From positions 116,932,001-116,996,000 of the forward strand of contig OX597818.1 in NCBI GenBank assembly GCA_951406725.2: DNA of 64,000 nt, read 5' to 3'. Below the pieces are notes generated by a model that did no database searches, was not told the DNA's origin, and saw only the letters and a program-made list of their open reading frames with translations. Positions 40,088-54,799 of the stretch are shown piece after piece. Each line of letters starts with the position of its first letter. The first letter of the stretch is position 1. Made by a program: the position numbers and the translations under genes. This DNA comes from Octopus vulgaris. Taxonomy: Eukaryota.

Positions 40088-40300
40088 AATGTTACAAGTT
40101 ATCCTTTAAGTATAGATGTATGAAAGTAATTGAATTCATTTAGGAATATGGAGTCCACCAAACAATGGAAAGTATCTGCAACAACAATTATAAAATGCAC
40201 AACTAAAGCATTGTGTTACTGTCTCCAACACACATATTTAACAGACGCGAATACATAGAGGAAAAAAGGGAAAAGAGAAAATGTGTGCCTGTAACTGTGT

Positions 40301-40358
<58 letters not shown>

Positions 40359-40498
40359 CTCTGTGTGTGTGTGTGTGTGTGTGCCAACATACATACACGC
40401 GTACACGGACGTGCGCACACATACTCCATCCTTCTCATACATACACATATACACATAATAATTCTTATGAAAGAATCGATTAGTTATGATCGTAAATA

Positions 40499-40566
<68 letters not shown>

Positions 40567-41425
40567 TATATGTATATGTACTCATTTTTCCAGTTTTTTT
40601 AGATCGATGGCAAAGAGTTGAGTTCAACCTAATAAGAAATGGGTCACTTTGTCTAAGGAATATTTCAAAATGCCACGCATATGTATGTTTATTTTATTTG
40701 TAATATCAAGAAAGCATTTGATCAGTCGTACGGAAATACATCCCTTTCTCTTTCTCTCTCTGTCACTTTCACACACACAATCACACGCACACACATACGT
40801 TAGAAGCGGACAAAATTTTACACCCTTTCTTCTTAAACATAATGGCATAAATCGACAGATATGCTGGAATTACTTCATACGACTTCCATTCTCTTAATAA
40901 AATATAATCTGTGATGTTCGTAGTAATAAGCCCTGATTTCCTGAAAGGAAAGTTCTTTGAATATAACGGTAAGTTCAATTGAAAGACCACGTGTCCAAAA
41001 TACTCATCTCGCTCTTTCTTGAATTAAATATGAAACTGCTTGCAACCACCACGGCGAGTTGAACACAAAGAATGCCTTTTCTAACTCATCTCGACGGATA
41101 GTATAATATAAAATAGCAACCAGAAATTCTTAACTGCACCCGGAAACAATATGCAATGGCGGGCTTGTGAAACTTGCTCACAGAGAAAGCATTAACTAAA
41201 TATATGACGAACTTTAAGTTAGGTGTACTTCGCCTGCTTTTTAAAAAATCCCTCTGTGTCTCTTTTCTCCATTGCATAAAAGTTTACGACTTAGGATGAA
41301 AACAAATATCCAATATGTTTTTTAAAGCTATAAACAATTTTCTCATTATAAAAACTAGAGTAGAATGCCAAATTTAGTTTAATTTACTTGTCTCTGCTTA
41401 TGCCATGGTGTCGATAGCAAGGGAG

Positions 41426-41490
41426 CCTGAAATGGCGCTAGAAAGATAGCCTAAAATGGCGTTAGTAAGGTAGCCTAAAATGGCGCTACA
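41426..41490. repeat. about 24-bp tandem repeat, nearly 3 copies
   Basis: gcctRaaatggcgYta recurs at a 23-24 bp period. Confidence 0.8.
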
Positions 41491-41539
41491 TATGGTCACG
41501 AATGACAAGGAGATTTAAGAACATATATTATTCTTTTAT

Positions 41540-41729
41540 GCGGCCATGCTGGAGCACCGCCACTTAGTCGAATAAATTGACATCAGGGCTTATTTTTTGT
41601 GAACCTGGTTCTTATTCTTTCGGTCTCTTTTGCCGAACAGCTAAATTATGGGGATTTAAACACACCAGGATCAGTTGTCAAGCGATGGTGGGTGGATGGG
41701 TGGGAGGGACGAACACAGGCACAATGATA

Positions 41730-41770
<41 letters not shown>
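41540..41770 (-). mobile_element. SINE family D, 3' half
   Basis: gcggccatgctggagcaccgcc..tgtcaagcgatggtgg, then (CA)n. Confidence 0.8.
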
Positions 41771-41780
<10 letters not shown>

Positions 41781-41797
41781 TATATATATATATATAT

Positions 41798-42332
41798 AAA
41801 CAAAATGGGACAAGAACGCAAAACCACTAAACAGTTAGGTGATACAAAAAAGAGACAACCAAAAAGAGACGATAGAAAGAAAACAAGGACGGGCCATTCG
41901 GAGTACTTCTTTCCTCATTCGAGTTCCAGATTATCTTTGCAATTTCGGCTGGTTATACTCGAGATTGCTCCAATCTGGCCTGCCCTAAGGAAAATCTAAG
42001 CTATGAGCATTAGATTCCTTGGAAGAAAGCAGCGAATGTATACGAAAATAAGGACGGAAAAAAACAGAGAATGTTACACAAATACAAATAGCAGGACATA
42101 AAAACAGTTGTATTTCGAGTAAGGACGAATTAAATTAAACTAGCGTGTGTGGAAGTAAAGCCTTACGGCAGGGATACAAGGTTTCACAGGCACAGGGTGG
42201 AATATAGATACTGCACGGACGGCGGCCGAACCAAGAAAGAAAGGTCAGGCTTGACTGAACAGCAGTCACGTGGATAGAGAAGAGAGTGTGGTAGAGGTAA
42301 AGGGACAGAAGAAATAAGGAAGGGCGGTCTAT
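41798..42332 (-). mobile_element. (TA)n-embedded repeat (family G), likely a PLE-type 3' end
   Basis: 41800-41952 recurs at 61606-61761; both copies start at (TA)n. Confidence 0.6.
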
Positions 42333-42379
42333 TTATATATATATACATACACACACACACATATATATATACACACATA

Positions 42380-42471
<92 letters not shown>

Positions 42472-43141
42472 TATATATATACATACAGACACACACACAA
42501 ACACACACATATATATATATACACACATACACATCCATCGATCCACCTAACCCTACGTACATACATATATACACACACACAGACACATACACACATGAAT
42601 ATATGTGTTTGTTATTTTTAGAATCAAAAGAAAAAGATAAAGAAATCCTTCTGAATATGACATCTTTTAGTCCATTGCGTTTCCATATCAGCAAGACAGA
42701 AAAAAAGAAAAGCAACAATGAAATAACAAAAAAAAAAAAAACAGAAAAAAAAGAAACCAACCAAACAAACAAAAAAACTAAAACCTCAACACAAAAGAAA
42801 CGAATTAAAGGAAAGAAATGAAACGTTTTAGTCATCTCTTCATTTCTATGATTGCAGTGGGATATTTTTAGAATACCTGGTTGTTAAAAGTTTAATCTTT
42901 ATATGGAATCTATTTTCGTTAGCATAATATTTTTTAATGGTGCAATTATTCTGATTGCTGTTTTCGGCGCCATTTCTACTATTCATATTCGAGTTACAAG
43001 TACAGTTGTTGCATTTTGCTGATTTTATTTTTATGGCATTTTTTTATTTCTATCTTTTAAAACACTTTTTTTTTTTCATAGATGTGGTGGGTGGTTACTT
43101 TGTTATTTCAGTTTTATAGATTTGAATGTTATTATATTTAT

Positions 43142-43230
<89 letters not shown>

Positions 43231-43366
43231 TGTATATATTACACACATAGATACGAAGAAACATTCAGCCAGAGCATAAATACATATATTAAAAAATATA
43301 TATACGTATATATGGAGGCAACACACGCACACATACTACATACATACACATATATGTATTTATATG

Positions 43367-43463
<97 letters not shown>

Positions 43464-43872
43464 TTGCAGTGTTTTCATTCTGTCCCGAAAGTCACGTGTC
43501 AATTATGAATTGCTGGTTCTTCTCATTTTGGGAAGAGAACGAAGGAAGCGATTTTGATATGCTGAAGATGAATAAAAGCAAAGAGAATGTAAGGCGAAGA
43601 ATAGTTAATGAAAGAGATAAATAGCTTAGCGTCAGACTGGCGGGGTGGTGGGTAGAGAAAAACAGTAAACGAGACAACAAGACAGGTAGAAAATGGAGCA
43701 TTCTTTGAAGCAGAACGCTGAAAACGACAGCCTGTCATCCACTCTCTCTGTCTCCTCTTCTTTTTATTTTTCTACCTTTATTTTCCACTTGCTGTTCATA
43801 CATACATACAAATTCCACATAGTGACATATATGTATATGTGTGCATGAATATGCATTACGTATATATATTAT

Positions 43873-43965
<93 letters not shown>

Positions 43966-44081
43966 CAGAGAGAGAGAGAGAGAGCGAGATGGATATAGAT
44001 ACATACGTGAATGTGTATGTATCTATATACATACGCATTCGTGTATGTATATTGATACAGGAGTATCTATATACAGAAGTC

Positions 44082-44232
44082 GCTGCGTGGTAAGTAGCTT
44101 GCTTACCAACCACATGGTTCTAGGATCAGTCCCACTGCGTGGTACCTTGGGCAAGTGCCTTCTATTATAGCCTCGGGCCGACCAAAGCCTTATGATTGGA
44201 ATTGACAGACGGAAACTGAAAGAAGCCCGTAG

Positions 44233-44280
<48 letters not shown>

Positions 44281-44645
44281 GACAAACTAAGGAAAAGAAT
44301 TCCTTGTAAAACATCCAATTCACTGGTACGTCAGTTGAATACCACATGAATATGAGTATAATTCAAATTACAAACAATAAATTAGAGGGATTCGGTTGAC
44401 AATCCAATAATTGATTTATATTATAACATAACATGATATACTAAAACTTTCATATAATTTAACATAAACAATTATTGTTATGTTATATCATTTGGTGTGT
44501 TTACGTACCCGTAACACAGCGGTGCAGTGACCGATAGAAGACGTTCTACGCTTATGAAGAATAAGTTTTGTGGTCGATTTGTTCGACTAAATGTGGTGCT
44601 CTAGCGTGGCTGCAGTCAAATGACTGGAACAAATAAAAGAATAAA
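44082..44645 (+). mobile_element. SINE family D with an insertion in its internal (TA)n
   Basis: 5' half 44082-44230, foreign sequence 44278-44490, 3' half 44492-44645. Confidence 0.82.
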
Positions 44646-45929
44646 ATAATACTTAAACGCATACACACACATACACACACACACAGACACTCAAGCATAC
44701 ACATTTATATACATATGTTTGTTTGTGTATAGCTAAATGAGGTGAGTTCAATAAACAGTCTGACTGTAGCTTAGTCATAAACTACAATGAGAAGAGGACA
44801 TTTTTACCCAACTCAAGGTTTGCTGTTTTCTACGCTTTTATTTGATGCATATCTCTTCCCTGTTAAATACAATACAGACTCTTACAAATTTGCCTGATAT
44901 AAAGGTATATGATTTGACAGACGACCGAAATAACAAAAGAACTTATATTTCTTGATTGGCATGCATATGTAATTTGATTTTTTTCGTTCAGACATTGTTA
45001 GGTTGCTCTGGGTTGAGCAATCTGCAATGGTGAACTATGCGTCACGTAGAAACGCTCCATGTTGAAAATTTAGATATTTTAAGAAACTGATAATATTGTA
45101 AAGGTATATTTTTTTCTCTGCATGTTGTTTCAAATTTGCGAGTTTAATGCAATGCATTTCAAAATATTGCGACGCATTGGGAACATTGCCTATAATTCAA
45201 TTAGTTTCAAAAATGTCCACCTGAATATATATCCTTCATCAGATGAAATTTAAGACTATATATTTTCAATTCTTGTCCGTATATATGTATTTTCACAGAA
45301 CAATTTTCTGCTTATATTATTCACTCTCAAATTCGTTCATCTACCTAATGAAATGATCTGCAATAACAGCCTGATATATTCCTACAAAGGACCAAGGATT
45401 GCAACGTCTGCTAGCTCTCCAATCTCAGTATCAATTTTATTGTCTCTTAAAATATTAGCGGATCTTGTATTAAACTCTTTTACTAAATGTCTACGTTTCA
45501 CAGTCGTGAAAGACATATGTTTTGTTTCCGAGATAGTTTAGTTTTAATGCATTTAATAGATAGATATAGTGGTTTTCCCCAAACAGGAGAAGACTCTGAA
45601 TTTCATTTACAGTTCCATTGTCCATATTTGCTTCTCACTTTAACATTCACCGATATATTCGAAACGAGATAAGATTTTCAATGTTTGGTCATCTAACGTA
45701 ATTTTATGTTCCACACAAAGTATACAAAATCTGAGCAGATAAAAAATAAATAAATGTATTTTCAGGATTTATTTGGAAACCTACAACGACACATAACATT
45801 GCATATATATTTACACTAGGTTCAACAAATTTTTAATAGCGTGCACCAATATCACAGGCATCAGAATTTTTCGAATATAAAGGATCCTTATGTGAACCCC
45901 ACTCCAAAAAATAAATAAATAACAGAAAG

Positions 45930-47724
45930 TGATTTAGATTTTGACTAGTTATGTCTTTTAATTTGTCACTTTCCTTTATGACTGGCAAATTTGTTTTAAT
46001 GATGTTAAAAATATTTTTGTGATTCGGATTGTGTGTTACGAGAAATGGCATTGTGTTCCTTGGATGGGTTCGTCTTTTTCGTGTAGCTTTACGCTCTTCT
46101 ACAGGTATCTATTTTGCTCGTTGTATGCTATTTTCTATGAGTAAGAGAGGGTAATTTGGATTGAGCAGAAATCCTTTCAGTTTTGTTCTAATGGATCTAT
46201 CAGTATGTACTAATACGTTCCACATCTCTTATCATTACACTTGGATACCGTGAATAGGTTATCCCGTTTGTTCATGCTGAATTTTGCAGTATGAACTGCA
46301 AAATCGTGTCTTTCTGGCATTTGGATCATCGACTATAGTACAAATTTTCCGGGCTAGAAAGTACAGAATATTGCATTTAGTGTTTGTTGGGAGGCATGAT
46401 TTGAAATTTAGGTACTGAGGTGTGTCTGTGCTTTTATGATAAATATCAGTTGTGATTGTGGTGTTGTTTTTATTACCATTATGTCAAGAAATGGTAATTG
46501 TGTGTTGCTCATTTCTCCTGTGAATTTAAGACTAGGGTGTAGATTGTTGAGGAGGGTGCTGAATTCTTCCAGAGTTTCTAGGGATTTGCTCCGAATTAGG
46601 AAACAACCATCAATGTATCTTTTCCATCTGTCCCCTATATGTATTTTAAATGTTATGCCGTAGTTCTCTTCAGTTTTTAAAATATAGGTTTTGTTCCAAG
46701 TATCCCAATACTGAGATCGTAAAAACTGGAGTAAATCGCGTCACCATAGTTGTGCCTCGAATTTGGAGGTAGTTTTTTTTCCATTGAAAAGGAATGTATT
46801 GTTAACGAGGATGAGGCTGACCGTGTCTAGTACGAAGGTTACAGTAAATCTACTGGGGATCGCTTCTCTACGTTTCTCAACCCAATATTTTATGGCAGTA
46901 AGTCCCAAATCGTGTGGAATGTTCATATATAAGTTCTTTACCTCAAAACTAACTAACAGTGAAAGGGATTCTGTGGTTTTGGGCAGATGTAACAGGAAAT
47001 CAATGTCATCTCGAATGAAACTGGGTATGTAGCTACATAGTGGTTTTAGAATAATGTCAGGGTGGTTGCTCAGACGATGTGTAGGACAAGCTGGACCAGC
47101 TATAATGGGTCTTAGTTTAAGGTATTTTGGTTGTTGTAGTTTTATATATTCACTACCTTGTTCATATAAAGCATTCTGTATTTCTTTTCACTTATGTATT
47201 TTGGGTAAGCCATGCACGTTGCTGGATTTAGAATCAAAATTGGTAATATAGACCTTTCATTACAAGTGAGGGAGTTATAATGTTTTGAGACTAAATAATT
47301 GAGTTTCTTCATAATGCGGCTGTCAATATTCGAGAGTATTTCATGCTAAAACGTTGTACCTTTTAAATGACCTTCAGCTATATCCCGGTAATCTTCTGTA
47401 TCCATTATAGTAATGGCACCCACTTTATCCGCTTGTTTGATGACAATTGTGTTATTATTTTGAAGACGTATAAAGGTAGATTTTCTAGTTTTGAAACGTT
47501 TGGTCTGACATTGATATTATGCCTCAGTGGAAATCTGGAGAGGATGTCAATGGACTGATCTAGATGTGTATTTCGTCCTTTTGGCGGATTAAATTTTGAT
47601 TCATTTTTCGCCAAGGATTCGTCGTTCTCATTATTTTTATCGTAGTTTCCGACAAAAGTTTTGGATATCTTCCTGCAATTCCTGATGGTGGACTGTAGGT
47701 CTAGGTGTGAATTTTAATCCTTTC

Positions 47725-47727
<3 letters not shown>
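45930..47727 (-). pseudogene. Penelope-like element reverse transcriptase ORF, decayed
   Basis: KGLKFTP..DIQNFCRKLR, LRPIIAGPACPTHRLS, FIRDDIDFL, SFEVKNLYMNIPHDLG, RYIDGCFLI, LPFLDI, TDIYHKSTDTPQYLNFKSC, PFLVTHNP; many stops and frameshifts; 5' end abuts (TA)n. Confidence 0.88.
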
Positions 47728-47765
<38 letters not shown>

Positions 47766-47768
<3 letters not shown>

Positions 47769-48224
47769 TGTGGCTAAATGTGACTATCGTGTGAGGGAAC
47801 ACTTACGCTGCTAGAAATAAGAGCTAAAGCGTTCTAATGCTGTAGTTAATGAATATGAATGAAAACATATAGACTAAGAGGGATAATTGTTCGAAAAATG
47901 CCGATCGAAAATTCTTCATACTGACGTCAGTTTCGGTATATTCAGCTAAGCTCGCTCGGTTGTTGGGTTTTTTCCGGGCCAATAATTTGGATGATGAAAA
48001 CATAAATACAAATATCAAAGAGGGTCCAGAAAAGGGATAAAATGTCATAACTGATGAGGCAACGGCCATTAACGTCAGTATTAAGAATTCTCGATCGGCA
48101 TTTTTCGAACAATTATGGTCTCTGTTAGTGTCTATGTTTTCATTCAAGTGCGTTAACTATAACACTAGAGCGATTTAGCTCTTGTTTCTAGCATTGTAGC
48201 TACGTCACATTTATTGACAATTAT
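47766..48224. mobile_element. fold-back PLE-type element (family H) with a split HHR
   Basis: Arms about 47766-47927 and 48072-48224. CTGATGA-ggc..gcc at 48051; GAAA-CTGACGTCAG-TA on the minus arm. Confidence 0.75.
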
Positions 48225-48661
48225 AATTCTCCTTTGCAAACTGCTGTATATATTGATTATATATATACATACATTCATACATTCATACAATGAGAATGTT
48301 CCATAACTGGAAACTCAGTATTAAATTCTCACTTATTTCCTTTGTAAATATTTCATGTAAACTTGTAATTTAACTTGTCAGAGATGGTTGAAATGATTTT
48401 TAACAAATGTGTTATTAGTTACATTATAAAGCTATTCAAATTTCAATTATGACCTTCGAAATCTTTATATATAATTAACAATTTCTTTAATCTAAAAGAT
48501 GTAAGAGCTACTTATGTATAAATGTCTTAATACAAACTAAAAGCATTGCACCAATAGATTTGCAAACCTATTCGTTCTCATTAATTCTCCATCAGCTGCT
48601 CGTTAATTTTGATTTATTACATTTTCAGTCAATACATAAATATAATAACATACGCAGTATT

Positions 48662-49380
48662 TGTTCATCTGTCGTTGTCGACGATGCTAACATATATATT
48701 ATAGAAGACGGAGCACTGTTTGTCCGTCTGTGTCCGATCAGTACGATACGTGCTCGGAGGTCTCAGAAGCAGGTCGGGAACTGGTTGCCTGCTGAGATTG
48801 AAGGCAAAGCGTTGACTCTGGAATTGTGTAGTTCGTGTTTTCTTAGTGTTCTTGCAATCCTCTTGAGTCCGCAGGAGGTTGTACTGCTTTTGGTGCTTCT
48901 TTGGCAGAAAGGGCTTGTCAAGGTTTGTCACAGAGCTCTTCAGCGAGTCTTTGAATGTTTAATTGAAGAGTTTTTTTTCTGTTCTCCCTTCTTGCGCTTG
49001 CCTTACACCAATTCACTGTTGGGGAATCACGCACGAGCATTCCAACAAAGTGGTCTGCTTATCTGACTTGCCTTCTCCTCAGCAGTATGTAAATGCTTCT
49101 GGATCAGTTTGAGAGAGGATCTCCGTGTCGAAGACCTTGTCTTAGCAAGTGATTTTGAAGAGCTTTCTCGGAGAGTTCAGAGTGGTTAAGTTTTTTAGCG
49201 TGACGTTTGTTGACATTCCAAATCCAACAAGCGGACATGAGCGTAGGCAGTACATATGCTTGGTGCATCTTCAGCTTCGTGGCCAGCTTAATGCTTCTTT
49301 TCTCCCACACTGTTTCACGTTGCAGTCAGAATACTGAGTTTCCTTTGGTGTGTGTCTACTTCATCGTCAATATTCACAGA
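48662..49380 (-). mobile_element. RTE-clade LINE 3' fragment
   Basis: NIDDEVD, WEKRSIKLATKLKMHQAYVLPTL, GKRKKGEQKK, FPTCF*DLRARIVLIGHRRT; 3' hairpin tail catcgtcgacaacgacagatgaac. Confidence 0.82.
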
Positions 49381-49399
49381 TAAATTATGCTTTAATTCT

Positions 49400-49780
49400 C
49401 ACCTATGAGACGTAGATTAGCACTGATCATTGTATGGATCCATCCATCCGAACAATCAAAGCATTTTACCAGCAGACCTTCAGCCACAATACATCTCTTG
49501 ATACACTCAGTGGCTGCTATTAACTTGCAGGCCAAGACAGAGAGATGGGATGCTTTTGAAGCCGAAAATTTTAGTTTAAGTAGATAATATTTATTTATCG
49601 CCTGAGGGAACACAACATGATCTCATAATGTAGGTAAACGGTTACATAACCAAATACCTGCACGCCTGAAGAACAACGTGGCGTCGAAACAATTGTAGTG
49701 ATTGCAAATAAATGTTCAACTGTAATCCTTCGTGTTCACTCCAACTTATTCAATTATCTATTTACACACTACATAAGCCC
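49400..49780 (+). mobile_element. PLE 3' end: decayed GIY-YIG remnant followed by an HHR
   Basis: RRRLA..HFT..ERWDAFE..LSPEG remnants, then an HHR at 49661-49700. Confidence 0.45.
49661..49700 (+). ncRNA. hammerhead motif, weak stems
   Basis: cac..CTGAAGA-acaacgtggcgtc-GAAA-CAATTG-TA-gtg. Confidence 0.55.
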
Positions 49781-49879
49781 AAATTTAGATATGAAAGTAC
49801 TTGATATCTAAAGTTGGACGATGATATCTAAAGTTGTACTCTACTACGTTCTTAACAGAATATAACATAACTATATATG

Positions 49880-49914
<35 letters not shown>

Positions 49915-50158
49915 CTGTGTGTCTGTGTATAAGCATAAGATCCAAGAATTCGGGTGTAGGAAGTTAGTAATCCTCAAGCAATCCGTGGGAGGTACAAAAG
50001 AACAAATTTCAGGATCAATAGTGGTTTATTGACATAGAAGATTGTAAATTTTCTCCATATCAAATTTCGATAAGCTGGAAATGTTATTTTATAGTTCACA
50101 GTTAGCAACGTGATACGTTATGTATGCGAATGAAAATCCAAATTTATGGAATGTAGTT

Positions 50159-50415
50159 GGTAAAAATCCAGGCTACGTATATTTCTTAATTAGCAGAACC
50201 TCGGAAAAAGTAATTGCTCAACGAGAGATACTTTGCTAGCTATTTATCAGGTCAATTATACCTTACTAAAATGAAGGTTGCATTGGCGTTAACGGATCCA
50301 GTATTTACTCGCAGGAGGTTTGGTCCGATGAGTAGCTAGCAGAATACCTCTCGTTGAGTAATTACTATTTCCGTGGGTCTGCAAGCTAGGAAACTTATGT
50401 AGTTGGGATTTTACC
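50159..50415. mobile_element. diverged fold-back element with a long-stem-II HHR on both arms
   Basis: Arms 50159-50255 and 50320-50415. CCGATGA-gtagctagcaga..tctgcaagctag-GAAA-CTTATG-TA at 50325-50401. Confidence 0.7.
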
Positions 50416-50429
50416 TGCTCCATTATCTA

Positions 50430-50748
<319 letters not shown>

Positions 50749-52271
50749 TGGATGGCCTTTAGAGCCCCTCACCGAATGTTTCGACGTTTCGGAAAAGAAT
50801 ACGTCAATGCAAATAATGAGATCGAAGACAGAAATGTAGGTGATGGGTGTATATGCATATTTCTAGGGTTATTGCTCTTTCTTCAGCACCACATCCAAAC
50901 TATCAGCTATCAATGAAAGCATTGCTTAAAAACTATGTTTAACGGTGTAACAACATTGGATAGACGAATTCACATTTCCAGCCCACGCACACACACACAC
51001 ACACAAAGGCACGCACACACACACACACACACAAAGGCACGCACACGCACTCACAATAACGATAAGAGGGTAAGTTCAATATTTGCGCATAATTAAATAT
51101 TTGACCATGTTAAAGTTAGTTTCACCTTTTATTGCAACGTACATGTTTTTCGAGTGAATGATATTTTCCCTGACATTGTAAATCAAACCGTTATTGTGTA
51201 TCTTCTTTCACGTCTAATGTATCGGTTTAAAACACGAATAACTCGTATAAATAAACGTATAGATGTCTCTAATCTTAACATTAGAAGCCAAATAGTTTCA
51301 TTACTGTTTGCTCATCAAATATTGTTTCCAATAACATTTTCCTGGTTTAGTTTCATGTTTATAATCTGAATTTAGCCTGAAATGAATTCCATACTGTGTT
51401 TGATTATACGCGTTATAATGCAGATTTCAGTTGCTTTCGGCTCAAATGAAAAATATTTTCTTTTAAAAAGACATAAAGCAACTGACGTTAATTGTGCTGC
51501 TTAGCAATGTTGCATAAATATATATTTTATATAGCGTTTTATTTCTGATATAGTGTGAAGAGAAGAAATCTAAATTGAATATCTCAGTTTGGAGTAATAA
51601 ATAAATGTTTTAATAGTAATTTAAAGCAAATGGTTTGAGGCAATTTATTATGTTTCGTATTGAGATAAAAACATCTTATTAGGAGATGATTATTTACAGA
51701 ACGAGTTTATCTAACTCGTCATTATTTTGTAAGCAGAACACTGTAGCGTTAAAGGTGGAAATTGTTCTTTTGGAAGCTTTCGTTTAAGTGGTGGATTCTC
51801 ATTTAAGAATAATTAAATAAAGCATCCAGGATTTTTTCCATAGTGATTCCAAACTAAAATGAGAAAAAAGAAAGATAAAAATGCAAAGACGATGCATACC
51901 CTGCGGGCACAGAAGGATGAAATAAAATTTCATTTGATAAATATTTTCTCAGACGAATTCATATCGTAACAAAATGCCATCAAGAGTTATTTCCCCTGCT
52001 TATCGTTTATGTATGTGTAACATGAAAAAAACAAAACATTTTAGTTCACCCGTCCGCCAGTCTTAAAGATAATTAAACAAAAATTTAATGAAATCCAGAC
52101 ATTTACCCAATGCGTATTTCTCCCAAATTTGGTGAGAATCCGTTCTGCCGTTTATTAGTAATTCTGCAAACACACAAACATGCAAATTGGCAAAGCCAGA
52201 CACAAACAAGAAACAATAGTGAGTAAATTTATCACGTCATATAACAGAAATTGATATATCGTATATCATAC

Positions 52272-52478
52272 TTTTTTACTCTGGACACATGGCCGGAAAT
52301 GGGGGTGGAGTGGCCCGTCGATCAGATCCGCTCCAGTATGCAACTGGTACTTAATTTATTGACCCCAAAAGGATGAAAGATAAAGTTGACCTCGGCGGAA
52401 GTTGACCTCAGAACGTAAAGACAGACGAGATACAGCTAAACATTTCGCCTGGCATGCTAACGTTTCTGCCAGCTCGCC
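52272..52478 (-). mobile_element. SINE family B
   Basis: Reverse-complement full copy. Confidence 0.82.
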
Positions 52479-53063
52479 AGGCGCACAGTGTCTAGAATTT
52501 CACTATTAATACTTTGTTGGTTAATATCAATGAATCATAATCTAATGTAGGTACACCATGGGCAGATATTGATTTCAGAATGTACAGGAGTATGAAGATT
52601 CGATTAAGCAAAAGTATTTTATGTTGAACCTTGGAATCGCGCCTTTCTCCCTTGTTAATTCTTCACTAGAAGAAGTAACGAAGATAAATGATGGCGTATT
52701 GATTTACTGAATGATTTCAGTAACACCGGTGGAAATGCAGTACAGAAGCACCCAGCCTGGTAGAAGTTGAAGTAAGCTAAGGTGGGGGGAGTTGAGATGT
52801 AGTCTTGCAGTCTATTTGGTTTACAGTATGGAATATTTGAGTCTACGGCAGCAACACCATTCAAGAAGTAATGAACGAAATCTGTAAGTCAATGGACATT
52901 TCGTATAAGGTTTGAAGAGAATTAGGGGATTATAACGTGTATTTCAAAGCTCCACTAAGTTTATCGGCTACCATATACTAACATACATCAGGAATACTCC
53001 TTTTAATGGATACACATGTGGAAATCTGTTAGTGTAGCGTTGTTGCATGAATTCTTTGTGTTA

Positions 53064-53270
53064 GGCGCAATTGTGGCTGTGTGGTAAGAAGCTTGCTTCC
53101 CAACCACCCTGTTCTGGGTTCAGTCCATGCGTTGGGCAGAAGTCTTTTCTACTTTAGCTCGGGTATAGCAAAGCCTTGTGAGTAGATTTGGTAGATGGAA
53201 ACTGAAAGAAGTCCGTCATATATATATATTTGTGTGTGTGTCTGCATTTGTCCACCCACCATCGCTTAAA
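53064..53270 (+). mobile_element. SINE family D, 3'-truncated
   Basis: Head plus short microsatellite. Confidence 0.8.
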
Positions 53271-53274
53271 CCTA

Positions 53275-53738
53275 CTGGCTCCCTCCCCCAAAATTTCTGG
53301 CCTTGTGCCCAGAGTAGAAAAGAATATATAAGGTGGAAGGCGGCGAGATGGCAGAAACGTTAGCACGCCGGGCGAAATGCTTACCAGTATTTCGTCTGCC
53401 GTTACGTTCTGAGTTCAAATTCTGCAGAGGTCGACTTTGCTCTTCATCCTTTCGGGGTCGATTAAATAAGTACCAATTACGCACTGGGGTCGATATAATC
53501 GACTTAATCCGTTTGTCTGTCCTTGTTTGTCCTCTCTGTGTTTAGCCCCTTGTGGGTAGTAAAGAAATAGGTATTCCGTCCGTCTTTACGTTCTGAGTTC
53601 AAATTCCGCCGAGGTCGACTTTGCCTTTCATCCTTTCGGGGTCGATGGATTAAGCACCAGTTACGTATTGGGGTGGATCTAATTGACTGGCACCCTTCCT
53701 CAAAATTTCGGGCGTTGTGCCTACAGTAGAAAAGAATA
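53275..53738 (+). mobile_element. SINE family B dimer preceded by an isolated tail
   Basis: Full unit 53339-53570 joined to a head-less unit 53571-53738. Confidence 0.87.
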
Positions 53739-54799
53739 TTTCTGACTGTTCGCTCGGCATCCATAAACCAAAATATGAACCAGAATAACGTTAGAGATTC
53801 CATTCTGATCAACAACAACAACAGCAACAAACATTACAATTCTCATCATATGAACCTTATACCTTCGTCGCTAGGATAATATCACAATCAGCGCAAGAAT
53901 ATTTTATACAAACAACAGCATAGCTATTGCTGGTCAAAATAGATTTCCTGCAAAACATAACTCGGTATGTTGTAGATTAACGTTTATTTTATTGTCAAAA
54001 TAACAAGCTCATACCTCGTAGTGAATCATCCTAGAGCTATTGAAAATTCTGTCTGCAAATAACAATTATTGTTTCGTGATCTTTTTCCAATGTTGCTATG
54101 TGAAACTCACGTTCAAGCAGCCATTGTTAATGGCTGTTTATTTCTGGAATGTATCTCTTTCGTTCGACATCTCAGCCGCCATTGATATCATTGCATTTGC
54201 AAATAATGAAACCTAAAATAGACTGTAACATATTTTATTCATAATAATTCTGTAGAATTGCTCTAGGGCCTGTCGGCTAGTCCTATCGGCATGACGTTTC
54301 CCTATATGTGGATGTCTCAATTTATACTTCAAGTTCAAATCATATAAATGGTACTGATTTAATATTTGTCTCACTGTAATCATATGTATACACCCACACA
54401 GATTTAGATATCTGATTTAGTATCAAACGTAAAATCAACACAAATATTTCGCAAACTATATTTTCGTTTGCATTTCTTTCGCTTATGAAATCTAATCACG
54501 AATTACAAGATATTGAGGATACAAAGTTTAAAACCCTTCCAAACATGGCTTACCTATCCTTTGTTGTCATATATGGACGATTACCTGAGTTTGCATCTAA
54601 GTATAATTTTAAGGTAAAAGGTGCAGTTCCTAGGTTTCAGCCTTTTTTTTTACCTACCGATCCGAAGTTATATGTCTGCTCAAGAAATTCTTTAGAGTGT
54701 TAGATATATGCAATATATACATATATTTAATATAATATAATATAATATAATATAATATAATATACATACGTGCATACATACATATATATATATATATCT

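Noticed and set aside
53862-54052. Two minus-strand segments bounded by ttgcag and gtat splice-like sites
   Set aside because: Joining them gives an early stop and no recognisable protein; they could be chance or non-coding exons.
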